Positions 28,753 through 38,041 of a stretch of 64,000 nt of DNA are shown here, piece by piece; the stretch's first letter is position 1, and the number at the start of each line of letters is the position of its first letter. Under the pieces are notes generated by a model. That model worked only from the letters and a program-made list of their open reading frames with translations, was not told where the DNA came from and searched no databases. The stretch is from an uncultured Sphingobacteriaceae bacterium (GTDB taxonomy: Bacteria > Bacteroidota > Bacteroidia > Sphingobacteriales > Sphingobacteriaceae), in contig CAZXSL010000001.1 of assembly GCA_964643235.1 (NCBI GenBank), positions 209 through 64,208 on the forward strand. Reading direction: 5' to 3'. A program made the position numbers and the translations under genes.

Positions 28753-29874
28753 ATGTGGCTAAAACAACTTTCCCTGCTAAACTTCAAGAATTACTCGGAG
28801 GCCTCGCTGGCTTTTTCGCCGGGTGTCAACGCGTTCACAGGACCGAATGGCGCAGGAAAGACCAATCTACTCGACGCCATACACTACCTCTCACTGTGTA
28901 AAAGTTATTTTAACCCAATTGATTCCCAGCAAATCAAGCGTGGACAAGACTGGTTCATGGTGCAAGGTAAGTTCGAAAAAGACGGAATAGAAGACGCGGT
29001 ATCCTGTAGCATCAAGCGCAACCAGAAAAAGCAGTTTAGAAAAAACAAGAAGGAATACGCCCGCCTGGCGGACCATATCGGTCAATTTCCTATTGTTATG
29101 ATTTCGCCCAGTGATAGTGCCATCGTATCGGATGGCAGCGAAGAGCGACGACGTTTTGTCGATAACGTGTTGTCGCAGACGGACCCTATTTATCTGGAAG
29201 AGCTGATTGCATATAACCGCGTGCTAACGCAACGCAACAGCTTGCTGAAGCAAGTGTCGCCACGGGACCACTTGGATGCCAGCCTGCTTGAAGTATTGGA
29301 CATGCAGCTCGTCAAATCCGGTTTGCTCGTATTCGAACGGCGGCAGGCTTTCCTTGAGAAATTCATCCCTTATTTCGATCGGCACTACCAGTTTTTATCG
29401 GACGATGCCGAAACAGTGTCGCTCCAATACGAGTCAATGCTCCTGCACGACAGTTTCGATCACCTGTTGCAAAGTAGCTTGCCGAAGGACCGTCTACTAC
29501 AGCGGACCACGGCGGGTATCCATAAAGATGATTTGCTGTTTGCCATCCACGGCGACATGCAATTGAAAAAATTCGGCTCGCAGGGTCAGCAAAAATCATT
29601 TCTCATTGCGTTGAAGCTGGCCCAGTACAGTTATCTGGTTGCACAAAAGCAGTTTAAGCCTTTGCTTTTATTAGACGATATTTTCGATAAATTGGACGAT
29701 AATCGTATTCGGAAACTGATGCAGATGGTATCCGACGGGGATTTTGGACAGATTTTCCTCACAGATACTGATGCGGGCCGAATAAGCCGTATCTTTGAGC
29801 AAATAGGCAAGGAGATCCGCATCTACACGGTCAACGCCGGTGCGGCAACAACCACAACGCAATACGATGGATAG
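28753..29874 (+). CDS. recF: DNA replication and repair protein RecF
   Basis: L.L.NFKNY, Walker A GPNGAGKTNLLDAI, signature FGSQGQQKS, Walker B LLLLDDIF. Confidence 0.95.
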   Translation: MWLKQLSLLNFKNYSEASLAFSPGVNAFTGPNGAGKTNLLDAIHYLSLCKSYFNPIDSQQIKRGQDWFMVQGKFEKDGIEDAVSCSIKRNQKKQFRKNKKEYARLADHIGQFPIVMISPSDSAIVSDGSEERRRFVDNVLSQTDPIYLEELIAYNRVLTQRNSLLKQVSPRDHLDASLLEVLDMQLVKSGLLVFERRQAFLEKFIPYFDRHYQFLSDDAETVSLQYESMLLHDSFDHLLQSSLPKDRLLQRTTAGIHKDDLLFAIHGDMQLKKFGSQGQQKSFLIALKLAQYSYLVAQKQFKPLLLLDDIFDKLDDNRIRKLMQMVSDGDFGQIFLTDTDAGRISRIFEQIGKEIRIYTVNAGAATTTTQYDG

Positions 29875-30157
29875 GGGTAAGGATTTGAACATGAAAGAGG
29901 CGATCAAACAGATGCTCAAGGTGTACCGCCTTGACCGGAAGTTTGACGAAACTGCGCTCATTGCCGCCTGGCCGGAGCTGATCGGTTCCGCTATCGCTAA
30001 TCGCACCACCCAACTTTACATTCGCGACAAGAAACTTTACGTCAAAGTCGAATCAGCGGTGATCAAGCACGAGTTGATGTTGATGCGTCGCCAGATCCTT
30101 GGACGTATGAACGAGCATGTAGGCAAGGTCATTGTCGAAGAACTCGTGCTATTGTAG
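29867..30157 (+). CDS. DUF721 domain protein (recF-associated)
   Basis: Conserved position after recF; W.ELIG..IA..T pattern. ATG 29867 overlaps the recF stop (alternative ATG 29891). Confidence 0.72.
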   Translation: MDRGKDLNMKEAIKQMLKVYRLDRKFDETALIAAWPELIGSAIANRTTQLYIRDKKLYVKVESAVIKHELMLMRRQILGRMNEHVGKVIVEELVLL

Positions 30158-30269
30158 CCTAGCTAGTTTTACCAAAAGCGGCCAGCCCGCAATTCGTTTC
30201 CCCAAGCTTTGAAAAAAATGGCGGCGAACGGTTTCCGCACGCCTCCATTCGGTCATTTCGAATAGCATA

Positions 30270-30453
30270 AATTGAACGTTAGGTGGCCAGATCCCACCGT
30301 CCTCATGATAATGCGCTGGCGACAGACGATGACGTGTCTGATGCCAAGAAGAGGCGTGTGGCCGCAATTCCCTCGGCTTCGACTTAATCGTTAACCTGTT
30401 TACTTGCCGATTCCGGATGCTAATCCTGTGATGACGGCTGCTTGATTAGCCAT
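30270..30453 (-). pseudogene. Remnant of a short-chain dehydrogenase/reductase gene
   Basis: Minus strand: ATG 30453 encodes MANQAAVITGLASGIGK (SDR TGxxxGIG motif), then TAA at 30400-30402. Downstream, in two other frames, LFLASDTSSSVASA and (H)EDGGIW resemble the SDR C-terminal LASD..vDGG motif. The central ~200 codons are missing. Confidence 0.4.
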
Positions 30454-30490
30454 TTGTCCTATAATGTGGTTCGATCATATTGTTTTGAAT

Positions 30491-31039
30491 TTAAAAGTTG
30501 TTTAGCCAGGTCTGATAGGCCTCCAGAAAGGATTTGAGGAAGTCCGCTGTTTCTTTCACTAAATTTCCCTTCCCGTCAAACAGCTCATGAGCGCTGCCGA
30601 TGTACGCTTCGGGTTGTTGCATCATAGGCACATCCAGAAACACCATGGATTGGCGGAGGTGGTGGTTGGCCCCAAAGGCCCCCAGACCACTCATCGACAC
30701 GCTTACTACGGCACTCGGTTTGCCAGCCCAGGCGTTCTGCCCATAAGGGCGTGACGCCACATCGATTGCATTTTTCAGGACGGCCGGCACACTGCGGTTA
30801 TATTCCGGCGTGAAGAATAGGCATCCGTCGGAGTTTTTGATTTTTTCGCGAAAGTTGGCCCATTCTGCAGGCGGATTGCTCTGATCTAGATCTTCATTGA
30901 AATGCGGCAAGTTACCGATTTCCAAGATGTTCAGTTTTAAACCTTCGGGAGCCAGTTTTGTGGCCGCTAGTGCAAACTTTTTGTTGAGGGAGTCTTTTCG
31001 GAGACTGCCAACCAGAACTGTGATTTTTTTGTCTGACAT
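30491..31039 (-). CDS. NADPH-dependent FMN reductase
   Basis: ITVLVGSLRKDSLNKK..FFTPEYNRSVPAVLKNAID pattern of NAD(P)H-dependent FMN reductases. Confidence 0.85.
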   Translation of the reverse strand: MSDKKITVLVGSLRKDSLNKKFALAATKLAPEGLKLNILEIGNLPHFNEDLDQSNPPAEWANFREKIKNSDGCLFFTPEYNRSVPAVLKNAIDVASRPYGQNAWAGKPSAVVSVSMSGLGAFGANHHLRQSMVFLDVPMMQQPEAYIGSAHELFDGKGNLVKETADFLKSFLEAYQTWLNNF

Positions 31040-31632
31040 GGTATGTTGTTTTTAAGGGTTTCCTCAATGTTACGTCGTTATCGGAACTCCCCGAGAATAT
31101 TGCATTGTTGCTGACAGGGTGGTCGCGATCAAATTTCATGATGCCTGCACCAAAGTCAGATTCTCGGCCAGAACCTATTTACAGAGGACAATCAATAGGC
31201 CCAATCTGTTCGCTAGAGCCCAGGGAAATCTTTTTTGTGAAAACTTCCTAAGCAAACGACTTGATCTACCTACTTAGGGTCAGTTTGGTGGCATCTGTTT
31301 TTATGGTTGCAGCAATGCATGGATGTGATGTGAAGTACATAAAGGAAGGGCGGTGGCTTGTCAATGAAAAACGACAAAAGTTAGTTGGCCAGCGGGTGAA
31401 TCGGCTACGTGTGCGGACAGGGCTAGACCACGCTCGGAAGGCCGGCGAGAAAGCTCTCTGAATGTCTTTGTCGGGCGTGCCCGTATGCATCCCCTGGAAA
31501 CACCAGAGGAGGTGTAGTAGTCAAGCTACAAATCTTTTTAATTGTAATAAGGGCGTGCCATTTTTTATTCATTGTGTTGTAACCTTGCGATACGCAAAGC
31601 ATTAGGTGACATAACCTTCTCTCGCAAGAACG

Positions 31633-32022
31633 ATGAAAAAAAAGATCCTTTTGATCGAAGACTCAACAAGCACGCAGAAGCTGCTCTATTTTATGTTGTC
31701 TAAGGAGTACGATGTTTTCGTTACTTCCAATGGCTATGAGGCGTTTCTGTGGCTCGAGCAGACCAAGTATATACCGGATCTGATTATCATGGATTGGATC
31801 ATGCCGTATATGGACGGCAAATCGTTTTTAAAATGTATTAAGGTAAGCGGGCTGTATAGCGAAATCCCGGTTATCGTGTTATCCTCTAGCATGGAGGTTA
31901 AAGAGGAAGTCAGATTAATGTCTTATACCATTTCCAAAAGCCTATCTAAACCTTTCAACCCCCTAGAGTTGATGGAGTCTATCAGTGAAATATTTAATAT
32001 CCGTTATGGAGTCATTAACTAA
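31633..32022 (+). CDS. Stand-alone response regulator receiver (CheY-like)
   Basis: KILLIEDS, DLIIMDWIMPYMDG, PVIVLSS, LSKPF: all canonical receiver positions are present. 129 aa, no output domain. Confidence 0.9.
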   Translation: MKKKILLIEDSTSTQKLLYFMLSKEYDVFVTSNGYEAFLWLEQTKYIPDLIIMDWIMPYMDGKSFLKCIKVSGLYSEIPVIVLSSSMEVKEEVRLMSYTISKSLSKPFNPLELMESISEIFNIRYGVIN

Positions 32023-33097
32023 TACCTTTGAAATTGATACACTTCCACGTTCGATTATTTATTGCGGATTAGCCCACGTCGAGGAGCTGACCGCGCAATT
32101 CGATAATAAATCGGTGTCGCTCTCGTGTATCGACAGTCTTGCTGAGTTAAAGTCCCATTTTAGGGAGTTGGACTTCATGTCTCTTCCTGAGGCGTTGGTC
32201 ATTGAAGTGAAATCGGAGGTAGAGATGCTTTCTTCCTTTTTGGAAGAACTGCGCTCAAACCTGCTCACGAAAAGCCTTCCAGTGGTTTTGTTGGTGCTTA
32301 AAGGCGACTATCGGAGCATGGTAGACCGTTTCAGCCATCAAGTGGACGATATCTATTTTTATCCTTTTCCCATTGGGCATATCAAGGCGCGCATCCAGTT
32401 CCTGCACAAGATCCGGATGGCTGGCGATTCAACCCCTTCGTTTCCCTCCAACCTGTTTAGTGCCAATGACTATCGGATATCGTGGGGCAAGCGGCTGTTT
32501 GACGTGCTCGTCGCCGGTGGCATCTTGGTCGCCGCGCTGCCGATTATGGCCATCATCGCGTTGCTTATTAAACTCGATTCTAAAGGACCTATCCTTTATA
32601 AAAGCAAGCGTGCGGGATCAGGCTACCGGGTATTCGATTTCTATAAATTTAGGTCGATGCGTGACAATGCAGATAAGGAGTTGGAAAGGCTTAGTAAGGA
32701 ATTTAACCAATACGCCGACAGCGGCGAAGATGCAGCATTCGTCAAAATCAAGGACGACCCGCGTGTCACTCGCCTGGGAGCGTTCCTCCGCAACAGCAGC
32801 CTCGATGAGTTGCCGCAACTCATTAACGTACTCAAGGGCGACATGTCCCTCGTAGGGAACCGGCCGTTGCCCCTGTATGAAGCCGTACAATTAACATCAG
32901 ACCAATGGGCCGCCCGTTTTTTGGGTCCAGCGGGCATCACCGGTTTGTGGCAAGTGACCAAACGTGGCAAATGCGACATGTCTGACCAGGAACGTCGCCA
33001 GCTGGATAATTACTACTCCGAGCACGCGTGCTTCCGAATGGATATGAAAGTTCTCCTACAGACCCTTCCTGCCCTCTTCCAAAAAGAGAACGTCTAA
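32006..33097 (+). CDS. Phosphoglycosyl (bacterial sugar) transferase with N-terminal degenerate receiver-like domain
   Basis: C-terminal part: [71 protein letters not shown] (PF02397-type). The N-terminal ~140 aa are receiver-like but carry ALVIEV and YPF substitutions. ATG 32006 overlaps the RR gene by 17 nt. Confidence 0.87.
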   Translation: MESLTNTFEIDTLPRSIIYCGLAHVEELTAQFDNKSVSLSCIDSLAELKSHFRELDFMSLPEALVIEVKSEVEMLSSFLEELRSNLLTKSLPVVLLVLKGDYRSMVDRFSHQVDDIYFYPFPIGHIKARIQFLHKIRMAGDSTPSFPSNLFSANDYRISWGKRLFDVLVAGGILVAALPIMAIIALLIKLDSKGPILYKSKRAGSGYRVFDFYKFRSMRDNADKELERLSKEFNQYADSGEDAAFVKIKDDPRVTRLGAFLRNSSLDELPQLINVLKGDMSLVGNRPLPLYEAVQLTSDQWAARFLGPAGITGLWQVTKRGKCDMSDQERRQLDNYYSEHACFRMDMKVLLQTLPALFQKENV

Positions 33098-33169
33098 CGA
33101 CCGTACGGGGAGCCAGCTGCGCGCCGAGCGCTGTGCCGGGTCCCAGCTTGGCAGTTTGGCCTATTTTCC

Positions 33170-33177
33170 TAGCTTTG
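33170..33177 (+). promoter_or_regulatory. Candidate -7 box for galM
   Basis: TAGCTTTG, 28 nt upstream of ATG 33206. Confidence 0.45.
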
Positions 33178-33205
33178 TAAGCTAAGCTTGCAAAACAACC
33201 TAATT

Positions 33206-34354
33206 ATGAAGCACATTGTCCGGGTTACGCTCAACCTCTCGCTCATCACCTTGTTTCTGTCGTGCAACCGTGCGGAACAGTCAAATAACACTACATCAGG
33301 ACTTGACCCGCAGCATTTCCAACGCGTGGTTGACGGTAAGCGCACCAATCTTTTTGTTCTGCGGAACGCTGCCGGCGCAGAAGCCTGCATTACAAATTAT
33401 GGTGGCCGAATCGTTTCCTTATTGGTGCCCGATTCGCGCGGCGAGCTGCGCGATGTGGTCTTGGGTTTTGACTCGCTCGACGACTATACGGCCGGGCCAT
33501 CGTCTTTCGGCGCCACGATAGGACGCTTTGCCAATCGCATCTCAGAAGGGAAATTTGAGTTGGACGGCGATACGATACGGCTTGACGTCAATAGCGGTAA
33601 TCATTCCATACATGGCGGGTACCACGGGTGGCAGTATCAAGTGTTCCATGCCACTCAACCTTCAGACAGCACCTTGTCACTTTCTTACGTGTCACCCGAT
33701 GGGGAGGGTGGTTTTCCCGGTACAGTTGTTGTTGACGTCAATTTCCGATTAGCGCATGACAACGCCTTGCACATTGAATATCACGCTGAAACGGACCGGA
33801 AAACGGTGGTTAATATGACTAACCACAGTTTCTTTAACTTGTCGGGCGATGCCAGGCAAACGGTGTTGGATCACGTCCTTTTTGTCCGCGCCAGCCACTT
33901 CACGCCGCTCACCGAAACTTCGGTGCCAACGGGCGAGATTTGGCCTGTAGCGGGTACGGCGTTTGATTTTACGCAGCCCTTAGCAATAGGCAGCGCCACG
34001 CAACGCGACAGCTTGCGCGAACAGTTGCAACGGACACAGGGTCTCGACCATAATTTTATTCTCGACACTGAGGGAGATCCCACTGTGTTGGCGGCAAGCC
34101 TCTATTCGCCGGAGAGTGGTATTGCGATGGAGGTGTTTACCAACGAGCCGGGTCTGCAGGTATACACCGGCAATATGTTGGACGGTTCGCGCACGGGAAA
34201 GGGGCAGGTTCCCTTCCACAAGCATACGGCCATATGCTTGGAAACCCAACATTTTCCCGATTCGCCGAATAATCCACACTTTCCATCGACGATATTGGAA
34301 CCAGGGCAACGGTATTATAGTGTTTGCACCTACCGCTTTAGCGTAGTCGACTAG
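33206..34354 (+). CDS. galM: Aldose 1-epimerase (galactose mutarotase), lipoprotein-type signal
   Basis: GATIGRFANRI..F.LDG..Y.L..N.G.NSIHGG..GFPG..NMTNHSFFNL..H..ICLETQHFPDSPN. Confidence 0.9.
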   Translation: MKHIVRVTLNLSLITLFLSCNRAEQSNNTTSGLDPQHFQRVVDGKRTNLFVLRNAAGAEACITNYGGRIVSLLVPDSRGELRDVVLGFDSLDDYTAGPSSFGATIGRFANRISEGKFELDGDTIRLDVNSGNHSIHGGYHGWQYQVFHATQPSDSTLSLSYVSPDGEGGFPGTVVVDVNFRLAHDNALHIEYHAETDRKTVVNMTNHSFFNLSGDARQTVLDHVLFVRASHFTPLTETSVPTGEIWPVAGTAFDFTQPLAIGSATQRDSLREQLQRTQGLDHNFILDTEGDPTVLAASLYSPESGIAMEVFTNEPGLQVYTGNMLDGSRTGKGQVPFHKHTAICLETQHFPDSPNNPHFPSTILEPGQRYYSVCTYRFSVVD

Positions 34355-34470
34355 GCTAAAATGGTGTGGATGGAATCGCGGAGGTAAGATCCGGTTTTAA
34401 TCCGATAATGGCAGACAATTATTCGGCTATCCGAGTCGCCATTCGTGGTAATTTCGTATTTTCGCGCCTT

Positions 34471-35937
34471 ATGGACAACCAACTGGTTTTATATAATACA
34501 CTGACACGGACGAAAGAACCTTTTGCGCCGCTTAACCCACCGTTTGTAGGGATGTATGTGTGCGGGCCGACGGTCTATAGTGACGTACACCTCGGCAACT
34601 GCCGAACCTTTGTCTCCTTTGACCTAATCTATCGGTACCTGCTGCATCTGGGGTATAAGGTGCGCTATGTACGAAATATTACGGACGCAGGCCACCTCGA
34701 GGGAGACAATGACGAAGGGGACGACAAGTTTGCCAAGAAAGCGAAGCTGGAGAAGCTGGAGCCCATGGAGATTGTGCAGAAGTATACGTTGGGTTTCCAT
34801 GAGGTTCTGCGCTGTTTCAACACGTTGCCCCCCAGTATTGAGCCCACCGCTACGGGCCATATTTCCGAACAGATTGAAATGGTCAAGCAGATTATCGACA
34901 ATGGGTATGCCTACGTCGTAAATGGTACGGTGTATTTCGACGTGGAGAAATATGTGCAAGCCAACGACTATACCATTCTCACCAACCGAAAGCTGGAAGA
35001 CATGCTCAGCAATACGCGAGAGCTCAGCGGACAGGACGAGAAGCGGGGCCGGCTCGATTTCGCGCTATGGATTAAGGCAAAGCCCGAGCATATTATGCGC
35101 TGGCCGTCTCCATGGGGCGTCGGGTTCCCCGGATGGCATATCGAATGCTCGGCGATGAGTAGCAAGTACCTAGGCGATCAGTTTGACATCCATGGCGGAG
35201 GAATGGATTTGGCCGCGACGCACCATACCAATGAAATCGCCCAATCCCAGGCTTGCAACCATACTACGCCCGCAAAGTACTGGATGCATACCAATATGTT
35301 GACGGTCAACGGCGCCCGGATGTCCAAGTCGGCGGGAAATGGCTTCCTTCCGCAGGAATTATTTTCTGGCGACCATCCTTTGCTAGACAAAGGATATTCG
35401 CCGATGGCGGTGCGTTTCTTTATGTTGCAGGCGCATTACAGAAGTACCTTGGATTTTTCGAACGAGGCACTTGACGCTGCAGAAAAAGGGTACCGTCGCC
35501 TCATGAATGCCGTCGCGCTTTTACCGAAGTTGAAGGCTTCCGCAAAAAAGGCCGAAGTAGACATACAGTCGATTCGCGAGCGCAGCTATGCGGCGATGAA
35601 CGACGACTTCAATAGTCCCGTGCTTATCGCCGAGCTTTTTGAGGTGGTGCGGATTATCAACAGTATCTACGACGGCAAGTTGGCTGCCGACGAGGCTGCC
35701 CTAGAAGATATCGGTCGATACATTAACGATTTCGTTTTCGATATACTTGGGTTGCTGGAGGAGCAAGACGCGGGAGACGATAGCTTTGCCAAGCTCATGG
35801 ATTTGGTGGTCGCGTGGCGCAACGAGGCAAAGGCGAATAAAGACTACGTTACCTCAGATCGAATTCGCGAGGGGCTCAGTTCGATTGGCGTGCAGCTGAA
35901 GGACAGTAAGGAGGGTACCCTTTGGAACAAGATTTGA
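34471..35937 (+). CDS. cysS: Cysteine--tRNA ligase
   Basis: [16 protein letters not shown] (HIGH region), HIECSAM, KMSKS (ARMSKSAGN). Start at ATG 34471 ([13 protein letters not shown]). Confidence 0.96.
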   Translation: MDNQLVLYNTLTRTKEPFAPLNPPFVGMYVCGPTVYSDVHLGNCRTFVSFDLIYRYLLHLGYKVRYVRNITDAGHLEGDNDEGDDKFAKKAKLEKLEPMEIVQKYTLGFHEVLRCFNTLPPSIEPTATGHISEQIEMVKQIIDNGYAYVVNGTVYFDVEKYVQANDYTILTNRKLEDMLSNTRELSGQDEKRGRLDFALWIKAKPEHIMRWPSPWGVGFPGWHIECSAMSSKYLGDQFDIHGGGMDLAATHHTNEIAQSQACNHTTPAKYWMHTNMLTVNGARMSKSAGNGFLPQELFSGDHPLLDKGYSPMAVRFFMLQAHYRSTLDFSNEALDAAEKGYRRLMNAVALLPKLKASAKKAEVDIQSIRERSYAAMNDDFNSPVLIAELFEVVRIINSIYDGKLAADEAALEDIGRYINDFVFDILGLLEEQDAGDDSFAKLMDLVVAWRNEAKANKDYVTSDRIREGLSSIGVQLKDSKEGTLWNKI

Positions 35938-35999
35938 TAAGTCGGTAGGTTTATATGCTCGTGGGGCCTTAATCCAGCACGAATCAGAATACGTTTACT

Positions 36000-36884
36000 A
36001 TGTATCATACTTTATTGATCACTTCGGCAAGGTGCTTGGTAGGTTTGGCGTGTGTCCTGACCTTACTGTCTGTACCGGCATGGGGGCAATTGCCCGACAA
36101 AGTCGGAAGCCTATTGGCTGCGGACCGGGCGGCAGCACGGGTCTCATCCAGCCAAGGTGCGTATGCCGCTCTGCAAAGCATCGTAGACCAAAATTCGTTT
36201 CTTTTCACGCCTGATCGCGTGAACGCCGTGAGTTACCTGCGGAGCCGACCTAACATGCCGGATGTGCTGCACTGGGAGACGAATTTCAGCGTAGTGGCCA
36301 AAAGCATGGAATGGGGTGTTACGGCGGGGCCCATGACTTTCCAGCGTGTCGGTGCCCGCAAACGCCAAGGCGAATACGTGACGGTGTGGAAGCGGGACCG
36401 CAAGGGGGTGTGGAAAGTAGCGTTGCGGGCAGAAGTGGAACATACCGGTACTAATCCCGATATCAAGCCCATGTTTTTCGAGCCGCAAAACGACAATTAT
36501 GTTCGCCACCGATCCAAGGCCCGGCTTGCCCAGCGCGATGATATCATCAAAAGTAACGAGGAGCTGTTCTCCTCTGTGTCGAAATCAAATGTACAGGCTG
36601 CCTACAACGAATTCCTAGCCGAGGACGCACGGTTTCTCTACCCATGGCAGGCACCCATTGAAGGTAAAAAGGCTATCATTGGTTTTTTAAGCAAGCAGAA
36701 CATCGACATCGTGACGGAGCCGGAAGAGGTCAACCGCGCTTATAGTGGCGAATGGGCTTATTCATATGGCACCGCTACCGTCCATACGGCGGAAAAAGCA
36801 GTGCCCTTCCGCTACCTGCGTATTTGGAAAATGCAGGACGATTACCAGTGGCACATCCAGATAGAGATGCTTTTCGAACGATAA
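36000..36884 (+). CDS. Secreted hypothetical protein with NTF2/SnoaL(DUF4440)-like halves
   Basis: Signal peptide. Second half AAYNEFLAEDARFLYPWQAPIEGKKAI..RYLRIWKMQDDYQW resembles DUF4440. Confidence 0.5.
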   Translation: MYHTLLITSARCLVGLACVLTLLSVPAWGQLPDKVGSLLAADRAAARVSSSQGAYAALQSIVDQNSFLFTPDRVNAVSYLRSRPNMPDVLHWETNFSVVAKSMEWGVTAGPMTFQRVGARKRQGEYVTVWKRDRKGVWKVALRAEVEHTGTNPDIKPMFFEPQNDNYVRHRSKARLAQRDDIIKSNEELFSSVSKSNVQAAYNEFLAEDARFLYPWQAPIEGKKAIIGFLSKQNIDIVTEPEEVNRAYSGEWAYSYGTATVHTAEKAVPFRYLRIWKMQDDYQWHIQIEMLFER

Positions 36885-36905
36885 GGGGAGCTGCCAGAAC
36901 AAAAA

Positions 36906-36929
36906 AGCACGGAGGAATTCCTCCGTGCT
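36906..36929. terminator. Bidirectional intrinsic terminator
   Basis: AAAAA-AGCACGGAGG-aatt-CCTCCGTGCT-TTTTT between the 36000 gene (+) and nrdF (-). Confidence 0.8.
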
Positions 36930-36953
36930 TTTTTATATAAAAACGTGATTGCG

Positions 36954-37961
36954 TTAGACGGCTATATCCGTATCCATGAGGAAGTCCTCGTCGCGCAGGT
37001 GCACGATTTCAGTTGCTTTTTCGTAGTTCGTTGATTTCTTCGAGAAGAAGTCGTGTTGAGTGGTTTCTACATTTAATCCATTGAGTACGATGGGGTTTAC
37101 GTTTTTCACTTCGTACTTCGCCGGAAAACCTAGGTTCATCAACGCTTTGTTTGCGTTATAACGAACGTATTCTTTCACTTCAGCAGTAAGGCCTACATCC
37201 GTATAGACGTCTTCGGTGTATTTAAGCTCATTTTCGTACAGTTCTTCGAGCAGGTTGTACATCTTTTCCTTCGTTTGCTCGGGATTGGGCAGCGTACGGT
37301 ATACGTCTTGTGCCAATAAGCCCACGAAGATACCATGGATAGACTCGTCGGCTACGATTTTTTTGATGATGTCTGCACTGGCAACCATGTGGCCCTGGCC
37401 GCATAGCCATAGCGGGATGAAAAAGCCACTGTAGAAAAGGAAGGACTCCAGAAATACCGAAGCGACCATTCCCATAAACAGGTCTTCCTTACTGATATCA
37501 CGCGACTCTAGCTTGCGATAATGCTTGTCGATCATCGCCGCCTTAAATTGGAGGTGCTTGTTGTTTTGTACCCATTCAAAGACGTCTTCGATGTCTTTCG
37601 AAGTAGCCACGGTGGTGAATATCGTCGAGTACGATTTTGCGTGGATGGCTTCCATCATGCACATGTACGACAGTACGGCCTTATTTTGGAGGGAATCCAC
37701 GTGGTCGATAATCATCGGCATGCCCGTGTGGCTTTGCAAGGTGTCTAGCAAGGTAAGGCCACCCAACGCTTTTTTGTAGCACTGGCGCATTTCAGGCGAT
37801 AGGGACTTCCAGCTGTCGATGTCCTTCGAAGGGATGTATTCGGTGTCAATCCAAAACTGTTTAATGTTTTGTTCCCAAAACATCAGGGCGTAGTCGTTGT
37901 CTGGCACGTTCCAGTTGACTGCTTTGTATTTCTTGTTTGCATTCATGGTGGTATTCATCAT
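36954..37961 (-). CDS. nrdF: Class Ib ribonucleotide reductase beta subunit
   Basis: LTLLDTLQ (Asp), MEAIHAKSYS (Glu, His, radical Tyr), FLESFLFYSGFF (Glu), ADESIHG (Glu, His): full dimetal site. Confidence 0.95.
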   Translation of the reverse strand: MMNTTMNANKKYKAVNWNVPDNDYALMFWEQNIKQFWIDTEYIPSKDIDSWKSLSPEMRQCYKKALGGLTLLDTLQSHTGMPMIIDHVDSLQNKAVLSYMCMMEAIHAKSYSTIFTTVATSKDIEDVFEWVQNNKHLQFKAAMIDKHYRKLESRDISKEDLFMGMVASVFLESFLFYSGFFIPLWLCGQGHMVASADIIKKIVADESIHGIFVGLLAQDVYRTLPNPEQTKEKMYNLLEELYENELKYTEDVYTDVGLTAEVKEYVRYNANKALMNLGFPAKYEVKNVNPIVLNGLNVETTQHDFFSKKSTNYEKATEIVHLRDEDFLMDTDIAV

Positions 37962-38041
37962 TCATGTGGGTTTTGGACAAGAGATACGGAGCCGCTGAGC
38001 TCCGTATCTCTTTCTGGTTTAATCAAGGCGGGCTGCTTTGC

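Noticed and set aside
31261-31461. Possible IS3-family transposase fragment (GRWLVNEKR..QRVNRLRVRTGL).
   Set aside because: The similarity is a short motif-level resemblance only. There are no inverted repeats, no rve-domain remnant and no frameshift signal. It is kept only as a comment within the finding on the 590-bp gap.
36954-37961. Possibility that NrdF is a metal-free class Ie protein, given that NrdI is present.
   Set aside because: All six metal ligands and the radical Tyr are intact (D in LLDT, E/H/Y in MEAIHAKSY, E in FLESF, E/H in DESIHG). It is a conventional class Ib protein.
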